A stretch of DNA of 64,000 nucleotides, from the NCBI GenBank assembly GCA_963710755.1, contig CAVQBK010000003.1, positions 352,001-416,000 on the forward strand, written 5' to 3'. Both the position numbers and the translations under genes were made by a program. The notes beneath the pieces are model-generated. The model was not told where the DNA came from and did no database searches. It saw nothing but the letters and a program-made list of their open reading frames with translations. Positions 53,211 to 64,000 of the stretch are shown piece after piece; the stretch's first letter is position 1, and each line of letters begins with the position of its first letter. This DNA is from an uncultured bacterium (GTDB lineage Bacteria > Oederibacteriota > JAAXVQ01 > JAUVAV01).

Positions 53211-53969
53211 ATTAACTATTCTGCATATGCCATGGCCGTTCGATCCAATTGTATCAGCCGCCAAGTTGGAGCCATTATTGTTAATGATGATGGCTATATT
53301 GTGAGTGCGGGTTGGAATGACGTGGAGGAAGGGCAGCTTGTTTGTGGTTTGTTAATTCTGGATGACTTATCCGATTTCTCAACGCTCGTAAGTTAGGCCA
53401 AAATATTTAATGGGGCCAAAGATTCCAAAGAAGTTGTAAAGGGATTATTGGATTATAAAAGCGAATGTCACAAATTCAGTTTTTGTTTTAAAGATGCCTA
53501 TTACCGGAAAAGAGCAATGAAAAAAGTGATAAAATTATGGAAATGATAAAAAAATAGATGTTTCCGGGGGGCCTGACTTGTCTGAAGAGTTAAAAAAATG
53601 AAACTTGTTAAAAAAATGGATTTCTGCCGGGTCTTGCACGCGGAAGAAAATGCAATTATTCAATCTGCTCTGACCGGCAGTATAAGCCTGGAAAATTTCC
53701 GGATTTATTCCACTTATTTCCCAAATAACCTATGCGCCAAGATGATTATCCAAGTCGGCATCGGGGAAGTGATTTATTGGGAGCCTTATCCGGAGATCAT
53801 TGGAGAAGAATTATTTTTTAAAGAGACCTTTAAGGATATTAAAAGAACCCAGTATGAAGGCGTCATGCCTGCGGCCTATTTCAGATTGTTCAAGCCATTG
53901 CAGAATAAAAAAGATGCGCAGGAATGCCGGAAAAAGTATAAGAAACAAACCCGGAAGCCCCACAATTAG
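53211..53969 (+). pseudogene. Decayed dCMP/dCTP deaminase (anti-phage Dcd/AvcD-like) gene
   Basis: AYAMAVRSNCISRQVGAII...GWNDV..GQ, TAG 53394, FCFKD, TGA, then ORF 53598: LHAEENAI, FPNNLC (PCxxC lost), EPYP, YEGVMPAAYFRLF. Confidence 0.78.
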
Positions 53970-54610
53970 AATTCGATTTCAATTCATCTTCAGATATCCC
54001 TCTATAATCTTGGCCACCAGCCAGGAAATAGAGCGTTCCTGATCTTCAGCCAACTTCCGAAGCGCTTTCTTGGAATCCTTTGAAATCCGGACTCCGATTA
54101 ATTCTGTTTTAATTGAGATTTATTTGTTTTCATGGGCTTGTATTTACAAAAAGTTACACACCGGCACAACATGTTAATAATGTTAACGATATTAATAAAC
54201 AGGCGCGTCCCACTTTAATTATAATGATTATCCGACAAGGAGACTATGATATGCAATTGCTTCGATCATCCCTGTCCATGATCCTGGGAGTTGATCGACT
54301 GGATGTCCATATTTTGCATCTGGCTTTGCATAAATATAAAAACCAATTAAAAAGAGCACCTGCTATTTGTAGACAAAAACCATAATACGAACGTCTCAGT
54401 CGCCTGATGGTCCTAGTGGATTTGATGATGTAAAAAATGATTTGTCCACAAAAAGGACTTGAAGGCAAAGCCCGTTAGCCAGTTGAGGGGTGCAGGAGCC
54501 GGCAACGGCGGGTGCGAATGGCGAATGGAAAAAATGATCGCGTCTTCACTTTATTTGTAATAAAGCAAGGGTATAAGCTATCCTATAAGAAACAAAAGAA
54601 AGGAATTGTT

Positions 54611-55858
54611 ATGAGCAAAAGCTGGTTGGCCTTTTTGGGTGTGCTGCTCTTCTTGCCCACGCTGTGCATGGGCGATGTATTAATATTTAAGTACGGATTT
54701 TATATGGATAATATTGTTTGCGTTGACGTTAAGCCAACATTTGACGGACGTATTTATTATTTCAAAGATGGCGCGACTAACAAGTTCTTTTCATTAAATG
54801 AAGCGTATATCAAAAATCTAAGCAGTGAAAAGCCGGATGTGCAAAATTTGATTCCTTTGACTCTGGATACACTTGCCACTTACATCAACTTGGCCAAGGC
54901 CAAAGATGAGGAGCACCTCCCAAAGCCGTCCGCAATCGCCGGACAGGGAACTGCCGAACAAAACCTTGCTGAAAAAAAGGAGGACCGCCAGGCCTCCTCC
55001 AATAGCACGCCACCAGAAAATACTTCCGGAAAAAATAGCAAGGCCTCGGAAGCAACAGGGTTTCTAACCCGCACTTATGCCATGGGTCATACCTCAATAG
55101 CGGTTAATGACAATCTCAATAGTGTTATAGGCAATCCGGCTGGTATTGGTCCAATCAGCACCTTGGACATTGGGCTGGCCTATGGAGCCATTTTGGAATA
55201 CAATTATCAACAACCGCCCAAGCCCCTGGATACCAAAAGCCTATCCGTGGCGTTCCCTATTATTAAAGCCATCAATGTAGGCATCGCCCTTGCGGAGATT
55301 AAAAAATTCTACAACTTCTATTACCTTATTCCTGGTTACAATGACCCGAATCTGTATACTCACTATTATTCTTCCATACAAACGGTGGTTGGACTCAGTT
55401 TTAAACCCAATGACTTCATCACTGTGGGGATTAGCAACGGCTCCTTTGAAAACGCATCCAATTTTACAGCTGGGCTGATGATTACGCCTGCTACGGTTTG
55501 GCGCCTTGGTATTATTTGGAAAGAATTTGACGATTATGGCATGCCCGGTATTGGCCTGGCCTATCATTTTAAAAACACTGAGTTGGGTTTTAACGGCTTG
55601 GCGACCACCGAGGTGCAAACCAGAACCAGCGATAACTATTTACAATTTAACCTGGGGAGTGAATTGGAGATTAGGAACTTCTTTGTTTTGAGAGCGGGAT
55701 TCTACTCGAAAAGATCCAATTCAATAGCATTCAATAACTGGCTGACCATGGGTATAGGTGTTTCTTTTCTGGATTCCACTTTGGATATAACTTTGAATCG
55801 CAGTCTGGATGAAATAAGCACAACCAGTGCTTATGCTTCATTAGGATTTGCCTTGTAA
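54611..55858 (+). CDS. FadL/PorV-like outer-membrane barrel with an extra N-terminal domain
   Basis: Start MSKSW (RBS AAGGA), signal peptide, linker, then RTYAMGHTSIAVNDNLNSVIGNPAGI (cf. RxxAMG...NPAG), LGSELE...LRAGF, C-terminal SLGFAL. Confidence 0.68.
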   Translation: MSKSWLAFLGVLLFLPTLCMGDVLIFKYGFYMDNIVCVDVKPTFDGRIYYFKDGATNKFFSLNEAYIKNLSSEKPDVQNLIPLTLDTLATYINLAKAKDEEHLPKPSAIAGQGTAEQNLAEKKEDRQASSNSTPPENTSGKNSKASEATGFLTRTYAMGHTSIAVNDNLNSVIGNPAGIGPISTLDIGLAYGAILEYNYQQPPKPLDTKSLSVAFPIIKAINVGIALAEIKKFYNFYYLIPGYNDPNLYTHYYSSIQTVVGLSFKPNDFITVGISNGSFENASNFTAGLMITPATVWRLGIIWKEFDDYGMPGIGLAYHFKNTELGFNGLATTEVQTRTSDNYLQFNLGSELEIRNFFVLRAGFYSKRSNSIAFNNWLTMGIGVSFLDSTLDITLNRSLDEISTTSAYASLGFAL

Positions 55859-56007
55859 GCCTTAGTGCCGGTTAATGAATGGCCCGAAAATGTGTTGTCC
55901 GCGTGGCAATAAATGGCCGTTAAATGGCTGGCACCGTATGACCTGGCGTATTGAGTCCCTACCTCCACAAGGGCCGGAAGTAAAGAACCTTTACCGGCGC
56001 AGGGGCT

Positions 56008-57108
56008 TTATGGTGCTGATGGTGACGCTTGGTTGGTCCTGTTCTGTTGGGATTGGGGCTCCAGGCTGGCGCGGATTTTGGGCAGGCTCTGGGGATAATG
56101 CTCCTGTAAAAAAGCGACCATTTGCTCGCGCACATAGCAGCGCAGGTCCCAGGCTTGGGAAGAATTGGGCGCGCTCATCAAAGCCCTTAGCTCCATGGTC
56201 TTGTCCGTGCTGTCCGTCACCTGAAGATTCCACACTTTTTTGTCCCACAGAGGCGTGCCATCGAGAACCTTAAATAAGTGTTCCCGCACGGCTTGTACTG
56301 GCACGGTGTAATCGGTGTATAAAAAAACCGTGCCCAGCAGGTCGGCAGTCTGGCGGGTCCAGTTCTGAAAAGGCTTTTCAATAAAATAAGAGATGGGCAG
56401 CACCATACGCCTAAGATCCCAGATTCGGACCACCACATAGGTGCTGCGGATTTCTTCAATCCAGCCCCATTCGTTCTCCACAATGACCACATCATCAATG
56501 CGAATCGGCTGAGCAAAGGCGATCTGCAGCCCGGCAACCAGATTACCCAGGGTGGGCCGGGCCGCCATGCCGGCCATAATACCGATGATGCCGGCGGAAG
56601 CAAACAAGCCGGCACCCACATTGCGGATGGGCGGAAAGACCATAAGCATAAAGGCCAAGGTGATAATAATCACCCCTGCGTGCAGGAGCCGACGCAGTAC
56701 CACCACCTGGGTATTGATTTTGCGCGCCAGCAGATTGTCTGGTTCCTTTGTGGTGTGCCGGCGGATAATGAAATCACTGCCCAGGCTGACCAGGGAAGCC
56801 AGTTGCCAGCCCACAGCCAGGATCAGAGCACAGAACATCAAGCGTTGAATGATTACTTCCGGAAAATCACTGGGCATGGCCGGGGTAATTGAAATCAGAG
56901 AAGCAAAGAAAAAAAATAAAAGAATGGTGCCTGGCCTGAGCGATTGGTAAAACTCTTTTTTATTAATCAAGTCGGTTTTAAATTCCACGAACCGGTAAAG
57001 CAAGCGGCTGAGCAGACGCCGTACCAGCAGCGCCGCCACGAAGGCCAGAACCAATAATCCGCCATAGAGTAACAAGACCTGCCAATTGGCAGCGATGTAA
57101 GCCCACAT
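56008..57108 (-). CDS. Small-conductance mechanosensitive channel (MscS family)
   Basis: ASAGIIG...AARPTLGNLVAGLQIAFAQPIRIDDVVIVENEWGWIEEI, PFQNWTR, AWDLRC.VRE. Confidence 0.9.
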   Translation of the reverse strand: MWAYIAANWQVLLLYGGLLVLAFVAALLVRRLLSRLLYRFVEFKTDLINKKEFYQSLRPGTILLFFFFASLISITPAMPSDFPEVIIQRLMFCALILAVGWQLASLVSLGSDFIIRRHTTKEPDNLLARKINTQVVVLRRLLHAGVIIITLAFMLMVFPPIRNVGAGLFASAGIIGIMAGMAARPTLGNLVAGLQIAFAQPIRIDDVVIVENEWGWIEEIRSTYVVVRIWDLRRMVLPISYFIEKPFQNWTRQTADLLGTVFLYTDYTVPVQAVREHLFKVLDGTPLWDKKVWNLQVTDSTDKTMELRALMSAPNSSQAWDLRCYVREQMVAFLQEHYPQSLPKIRASLEPQSQQNRTNQASPSAP

Positions 57109-57279
57109 AGAATCACCTCCACGGAAAGGGTTGGTGCGGCTTTATCCTAACACAACCACTCCAGGTCAACCAGTGCTCTTTATCGGTCTTTTTCGTTCAG
57201 GCCGAGCAGACCATTGCTATGAGCGATTTTTTATCTTTGGCTCCGTATGATCAAAGCTTTGAAAATATAAAAGTGCATT

Positions 57280-57402
57280 TATCCACAGATGACGCAGATT
57301 AAGCGATTAAAGCAAAAAAAACTCTGGGACGGGTCACGTACATCAAAAGCATTATTTAGATCCATAATTTTTTAAGGTTGTAATCTGTGTCATCTGCGGA
57401 TA
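57280..57402. repeat. 22-bp inverted repeat (REP/MITE-like)
   Basis: tatccacagatgacgcagatta (57280) and taatctgtgtcatctgcggata (57381), 20/22 complementary, 79-bp spacer. Confidence 0.7.
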
Positions 57403-57619
57403 CGGATATTTTTATCCTCGGCTTGCCCATAAAATCACAATGGGGAACGTTCTTTTTGAAACAGTCCGTCGTTAAAATATTGGAATTTAAATATATAGCT
57501 TAACCGCAATGGAATCCAAAAACAGTTAAAGGTATACTTAAAAGATGATCAATTGGAGGAAGGGCAGCTTGACCTAAATCCTTCTATTTTAGAATTTTCA
57601 GAGTAGGAAAGACTATTCT

Positions 57620-60600
57620 ATGAACAAAAATCATTTTAAAAATGTCTTGCGCCTGACGGTTATGCTGCTTCTTTACAGCCTTCTTGCGCCTTCCTTTATT
57701 TGGGCCTTTAATCCGGTCAATTTGGCCACCGGACCTAATGTCATCAAGCTGGGCCGGCAGACCATTGACATCCCCCGGAAATGGGGTGCTATTCAGTCGG
57801 TCCGGATTGACGACCCCAGCCGGCCGCTGGTGGTGCTCATAGAAGATTTGCACTGTCATGCCGAGGTCCAGCAACATATTGCCGGGCTATTGGATCATCT
57901 CCGTCAACAAGGGTTGGCTCTGGTGGGATTGGAAGGTACCAGCCGGACCGTGACCGTGGACAAGCTCAGGACATTTCCCCTTCAAGCCATCAAGGCCCAG
58001 GTCGGGCGTTATCTGGTCAGGCAAGGCCGCCTCAGTGGGGCGGAACTGGCCGCCAGTCTCAGTGCTCAGCCGCTGCAGCTCCAAGGCATGGAAAATCAGG
58101 ACAGTTATGACCGCAGCTACCACCTGGCCATGAGTTTTTTAACTAATGAAACCCTGGGTTATGTCTGGGATGTGCGCGAACAGCTCAACAACCTCAAAGC
58201 CAAAGTATACCATGAGCCGCTGCTGGTTTTTGACAAAGGGCGGGAGGCGTTTAAGGCAGGCCGATGGCCATTGCGCAAGTATGGCGTCTATCTGTTACAG
58301 CAGTGCGGCGTGCATCACATTGATACCACAGGCCTGAGCGGGCTTAAGGCTTATTTGCGCCCCCTGCCCGACGCGTCCCTAAATCAGGATGACGTGCAGC
58401 CTGACCTTGCGAAGGCGGAACAGCTGATCCGGGAGCGCCTGTATAACAGCCCCGATGAGCGGCGCTTGGATCAGCAGGTGCACACCCTTGATGAAATGGA
58501 AAAATTGCTGAGCATCAGCATGAGCCCGGAAGAATGGGCCAACTGGGACGCAGCGGGCAGGGGCATTGAGGGGATCAGCGCTTATTTGGGTGATCAAGGG
58601 GCCTTGAACGGTTCACTTTTGGAGGCGGTTCAGGTCTTGAAGGAGCGTTGCCAGGCTGCCCGGGATTTTTACCGTCTGGCCTGCCAACGCAGCCGCCAGC
58701 TGGCCTTAAACATGATCCGGGCCATGCAGGCCGGACATCAGCCCCTGGCTGCTTTAATTACGGGCGGGTTTCACACCGCCCAAATTCAGCAGGCGCTAAA
58801 GGCCCGGGCGGTTAATGTGGTCACCATCCGGCCGCGCCTCACCCGGGTGGATTTGGTCAATCCCTATTGGGATATTCTCAAAGGGAAATGCACGCCCTTG
58901 GAGCGGCTTTTGGCGCAGAATCAAAAAGCCCTGGCCGTGAAGCCGGGCCTGCTGCTGCCTGAACTGCGCGACGAAATGGACGTGCTGCTCAAAGCATTGC
59001 TGGCCTTTGAGTTCAAAGGGTTGCTTAAAAAAAACATTATTCAGTTCAAAGCCAGGATTCAATCAGTGCTGAGAACTTACCCGGCCAATAATCAAGCCAT
59101 ACAATTTGATCCGGCTCACGTCAGGACCTTGCGCGCCCGCCTATTGTCCCTGCCTTTTACATTAAAAGCAAAATCTTTCTTTGTCACTGTGGGGGAACAA
59201 ACAAAAGCCCTTAAAGCCAGGGAAGTCATGTCCATCGATGGGCGGCATACGGTAAGTTATTATGACCGGAAGCCGGAAATAGCCCCCGAGCAAGCACGGC
59301 TGCTGTTTATGGCCGTACGCTGGGCAACTTATGCGATGGTGTCCCATCAATCAGTCCTGACCCAGCGAGCGTTGACCCATATGACCGGCCTGTTTGGTCT
59401 GGGATTTAACCTCAATCTGGTGGAAAGGCGGAAAAAAAGTATCCCCCATCTCCTGGCCTGGCTGAAAGCGTCAATAAACAGCTTCCTTACGAATTCCAAG
59501 ACCAATCTAAACGCGTCCTTAAATAAGGCATGGGACTTTATCAAGTGGTTACCTTCCAATGAACCAAAGGCTGTTACCATGCGCCGAACCCTGTTTATTT
59601 GGGGTGGCGTGGCTTTGATAGTAGTCCTTTTAACGGTATGGATCATGTTTAATATAAATCGGGATGGCTTTAGTTTCCTTATCAGGTCCGGGTATGAGCT
59701 CAAAACGCACCCCTGGTGGGCCATGCTGCCCATGGGGTTGGGGATGGCGGGATCCGCGAACCTATCAAGTAGGGAGCTTAGTCTGCCCAAAACGAGAGAA
59801 ACTCCTGAGACGTGGCTCTCCCAAGGCGATAGGCATAATCCCTTCTTGTTGGACCATCTTATACCGCTGTGGAACAGCCAAGATCATCCTGGTTCCAAAA
59901 ATGAGTTCATGGCTTTAATCAACTTATATAAGTCCATCCCAGAACCATTACGTATTGCAGCTGAAGAAGGGTTGAACACAGCAGCGACTTACCCTTTCGC
60001 AAGTTTCAAGGAACGTTGCCACCGGCTGCTGGAAGCTTGCCAAATCATTTCACCTGAGGTTTTGGCCGCCTATCTCAAAAAATCCACGCAAGGGGCTTCA
60101 GGATCGCTTTATGTCATGGAAACTAATGGTACCGTCATTCCGATGATTAGCGTGGCCAAGAAGCTAGGCGAGCGTCTGGCCGGGAACCATCAACGGCAAT
60201 TTATTGAAAAGATAGTTCTCCCTACCTGTGGGTTGGTGGACGGAAGCAGAGCTGATCTTGAGGCTGCCTTTCGAGAATATCAGCACTGGCCAGCACACGA
60301 TCAACAAGCTTGGGAACAAGCTCTGGCCGCAGACCGTATCCCCGCTTTCAAAGTCGCGGGCAGGTTTCTGTATAAGGATAATATCCCCAATCAAATGCGG
60401 TTTTATTTGGCCAAGCATCAAAGCGGCCAACAACCGGGGCAGTATCCCGAGCAAACGGCAGTCCTAAAAATCATTACGGCGTTACCGGCAGCGCCGTATG
60501 TCCAAGCCACACTATTCGCTTATTGGCAGCAGATGAAAAAAGTTTGGCGTCCGGCCTATGCGACCTTGTTAAGGTTACCTGCTGTTTCGCATTATTTCAG

Positions 60601-63600
60601 AGATGTGCAAACTTCTGGTATGGCCTACGGCGATTTGTCCTTGGTGCTGGTAATGGATTATATTCTTCGTTATGACATCGAGCAGCCCAATGCAGTTCAT
60701 CGCTTGTTAACCAAGGCCCGCGAAAACAAGAAACTAAAAAATTATATCCAACGCAGACTTCTGTTGCCCGGGTTTGCGCTCCATGCTCCAAAAATTCTTG
60801 CCACTGATCATGTTGAATCTCCGACAGCCTGAGGACCTGGCGGTGACCAAGCAAATCTATCCGGAGCTGATGGACCATAACAGGCATGCCGTCGGAACTT
60901 ATGGAATGGCCGGCTTTTTGAGAAAACTAACCATTCTACTCGCGAGCTTACTCAGGGCCAACCAGCAAGAACTTATTTCAGATGGAGGGTGGAAGTTCCT
61001 GACGGAAGAATATGTTCCACGCTTTGGTTTTAACAGCAATACCTGGTTGATTCAAATGGCCTTTGATCTGTACCGGGTACAAACAGTGAAGGACGAGTCC
61101 CTGCAGATCTATCATCCCGAACAAATGGGGTTATCCGCCGCAGGCCGGGCAGGTCTGAACCAATTGGCGGCTATGTATCAAGCCGACCGACAAGAGTTAT
61201 ATTCGCGGCGGCAAATTGATCCTAAAAAAATCAGCAGCCCTCTTTATTGCGCCATGGCGGCCTATGAAACAGGATTTTCCACCGCCACTTGGGGGCATGG
61301 TTCTCACTATCACCTTGATTTCAAGAATTATGTCAGCAAGCATATGCAGCAAGATCATTTAACACGAGGCCTGGCAGTAACCTTGGGTCAACAATACCCG
61401 CTAAGCAGAAAGGGCAATGATGCATTTGATAAAGACAGCCAGAAAAAGGGTGTACTGCATGCTTCTTTCAGCCGTTATTGGCTGCCCCTGGCAGCGGATT
61501 TGGGGAATGCCTGTTATTCCTGGATCATTTATTTTGAAGATAAGAAAAGTGTTTTGGGTACTGTGGTCTATACTGAAGGCGAAGGTAGGGAAGAGCATTT
61601 CAGCGGGTCTACACTGATTTTGGAAAACAGGATAAAAGGCAAAAAAACCTGGATTTTGCGTGCGGTTAACCCTTCCACCGAGCTTTGTGAAACCTATCAT
61701 GATCAGGATATATTCCGTGCAGTGCTGGATTATACGGTGAAATTGGCGGAAAAATATAATCTGGAAAATCCGGGAGAAGCAGTGGAGGTGCTGGTGGCGC
61801 CTTTTGATAAGAGCCTCCCAGAATCCTTCAGCCGCCGGCCGGCCATGGTCAAAACCTTGCAACAATGGTTTGGCACAGCCCGGGACGTGACCCTTGATCA
61901 AAAAGAGAAGTTTAACAAAATGGACATCACTAACAGTTGCCGGGTAATTGCCGAACGTGGCCAGGACGGGCACTTCATCTACAGCCAGGAGGCGTTCAAC
62001 CGCCAAGGGATAAAGCACAGCGCTGCCACCATGACCGCCACCAAGGTGCTGCGAAGCCATGCCCTCGCCGGTCCGGCGGCCTGGCTGGTCAGGCACTGGG
62101 GCGCTTGGGGCATTGCCCTGGTGGAAGAGTTTGGCCTGGGGACCGGCAATAGTCAGATTAACAAAGACAAGTTTGCTCAACTTAGAGCGCAAGTCTTGAC
62201 GCCTTGGCAGGCCCTGCAGCGCGGCCGCTGGCTGCCGGCCGTAATGGTTGGGCTGACCTATGCATTCTGGATGCAGTTGGATTTTGGAGTGTATATACTC
62301 GTTCCCCTGGCCATCGTCATGGCCGGATGGCCGGCCAAAGGGCAATGGGCTTTTGTGACTGGCCATGACCAAGGCACCCGCCAACAATGGGCAGCGCGAA
62401 TCATGGCCATGTTGTTTTTCAACCTCATTTCCTTGTCCCTCAGTACCACCCTCCTGACGATTTTATTATCCTTCAATCCAGGCGGTATTCCGTTTGTGCT
62501 CATGGCCGTGTTCGCGAGCAGTATGGCCGGTACGTTGACTGCAACCATGGGTCATATTAAATGGAACAGTCGAGCATCTATAAAGAACCTCATCACCAAA
62601 GCAGGCCGTCTCAATTGGAGAACGCTGTTGCTTTGGAGCAGCACCGTGCTGATCATCCTGCTGGTCGCTACGATGGTTTTACCCTATAACGGCATGGACC
62701 AAGCGATGCTTTTAAAACCGGGCAACATGGGAGGCCAATCGCTTTGGGGAGGGATGTTGCCCGCCGGACCGGGCATGAGCGCCATGCCGCCAACTGCCGA
62801 AGAATTCCTAGTAATGAGCCTTTTACAAGCCGGCGTAGCCGGACTATTTTTTGCAGTTATCAGTTATTTTTTATTTAAGTGGCTGGATAGAAATGAAGAT
62901 CCACAGAAGAAGGGGGAGATAGATGAATCCCTTAAAAAGACTTTAATTAATGAAGTAACCAGAATAGCGAAGCAATACCGGGGCCAGGAAGTGGCGATAG
63001 TGCCTTTTCTACAGGGATTTATGAAAAGGAATTATAAAAACACTATGGCCACCCCGGAGCAATTATTGTCTGTTCAGGATCAATTAATCAAAGAGCACAT
63101 CATCACCTCCAAATCAGCCTCGATTCAACAGTTAGGCACGGGAGAGCAAGATGAGCAACAAGCAGCACGTTTGGAAAAAAGAGTCCAGGGGTGGTTGTTC
63201 CTCTTCCTGTTGGTGTTGTTCTTCCATATCACGGTCGACTATAATCCACCTCTGTTGATTTTGAGCACGATGTATCATATGAGTATAGCCATGCTGTATC
63301 TCGGGCTTTTGGCGGCATTTGTTTATGATGATGCCAGGCAGGCGGTGTTAAGGAACGAGTTCAATGGCTGGCATGAACTTTTCATCAGCGGTGTTTCCTA
63401 TTTGATGGGGCGCCGGTCCGCGGGCACACGGGCGGCGCTGATGAGCGCGGTTGATGATCAGTCGCTTCCCGTCAAAACAGGAAAAAACAACAACTCAACA
63501 TGGCAGCGCTGGTGGCCATGGCTGCTGATTGGAGGGGCGGGGATGCTGGGGCTGTGGATTTGGCTGTCGCAGGACAGCAGCGCGGGTCAGGCGCTGGGCT

Positions 63601-64000
63601 TGGCCCCCCTGGGAGATCAACCCAAGGGATGGCTTGGCTTGGCGGCAGGGCTGGCGATGGTCGCGGGGATGATCGTGGCCGCGGGGCTGAGCCTGTTTTG
63701 GTTGATCAAATGGCTGTCGCAAAGACCGTGGTGGCAAGATTGGTTACAACGCTTGGGCTCGAGCCTGCACGCCCTGACGGAACACATGCTTCCCAAACCT
63801 GCCAAGAACGATTCATCACAGAAGAGCAGGGAGGTGGAGCAGACCAGAGAAAAGCAAAGGCGTCAAAGAGTGATGTTGTGGATTGGGTTTGGACTGCTGA
63901 TCGTGATCATCCTGATGAGTTTAAACCTTAATTCCGGCGAGGGGCCTTTGAACTTGAGTATGCTCAAACCCCTTGTGAACGACAAAATCCTGACCGCCAG
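57620..64000 (+). CDS. Giant multi-pass membrane protein, paralog of 23114-29029; one frameshift near 60790; runs off the window (about 2120 aa or more)
   Basis: ORF 57620-60832 shares IEDLHCHAEVQ, VGLEG, GRLSGAE, TGGFHT and LLAQNQKALA with the first giant. The +1 frame is open from 60738 to 64000 by hand translation (FLPLIMLNLRQPEDL...WILRAVNPS...many TMs) and is missing from the ORF track because it has no stop. Confidence 0.8.

Noticed and set aside
53323-53340. 18-bp exact match tggaggaagggcagcttg also at 57554-57571, possible target-site duplication
   Set aside because: One copy lies inside deaminase coding sequence and the enclosed genes have no mobility function. A chance match is plausible.
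54000-54500. Short ORFs in the AT-rich patch after the deaminase relic
   Set aside because: No RBS or recognisable motif. Probably decayed sequence.
61401-62387. 328-aa minus-strand ORF
   Set aside because: Antisense shadow of the open + strand giant-gene frame, with no recognisable motifs.
1-64000. rRNA, tRNA, integrase, transposase or prophage genes
   Set aside because: None recognised on either strand by reading. A tRNAscan/Infernal run would be needed to exclude small RNAs.

Overview
A 64-kb chromosomal window from a diderm bacterium (TolC, several outer-membrane beta-barrels, lipoproteins). It has no rRNA, tRNA, CRISPR array or intact mobile element. The lineage cannot be fixed from this window; the gene style suggests an uncultured candidate-phylum genome (inference only). 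Ordinary content includes a TetR-controlled TolC/HlyD/ABC (ybhGFSR-like) efflux operon, YgiQ radical SAM, aldo-keto reductase, desaturase, nitroreductase, MscS and c-di-GMP genes (REC-GAF-HD-GYP, two PilZ). Unusual content: (1) two paralogous ~2,000+ aa multi-pass membrane proteins (23114-29029; 57620 to beyond 64000) sharing a ~550-aa exported N-terminal module with a ChaN/EreA/TIKI-like H/E/H motif pattern, followed by dissimilar cargo including a kinase-like domain; (2) a perfect 44-bp x 7.25 tandem array directly behind an orphan ECF sigma gene; (3) a gingipain-like C25 protease whose propeptide is a separate exported gene, plus a second C25-like protease coupled to a HEAT-repeat gene, both with T9SS-like C-terminal tails; (4) a stressosome operon (rsbX-like, tusA-like, rsbR, rsbS, rsbT) behind a sigma28-type promoter; (5) two W-x-x-G-x-W repeat proteins flanking a collagen-like lipoprotein; (6) decayed Fic and anti-phage-type dCTP deaminase remnants. 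Several genes carry single-base frameshifts, mostly at homopolymers, which most likely reflect assembly errors. All family calls come from motif reading, not database searches.
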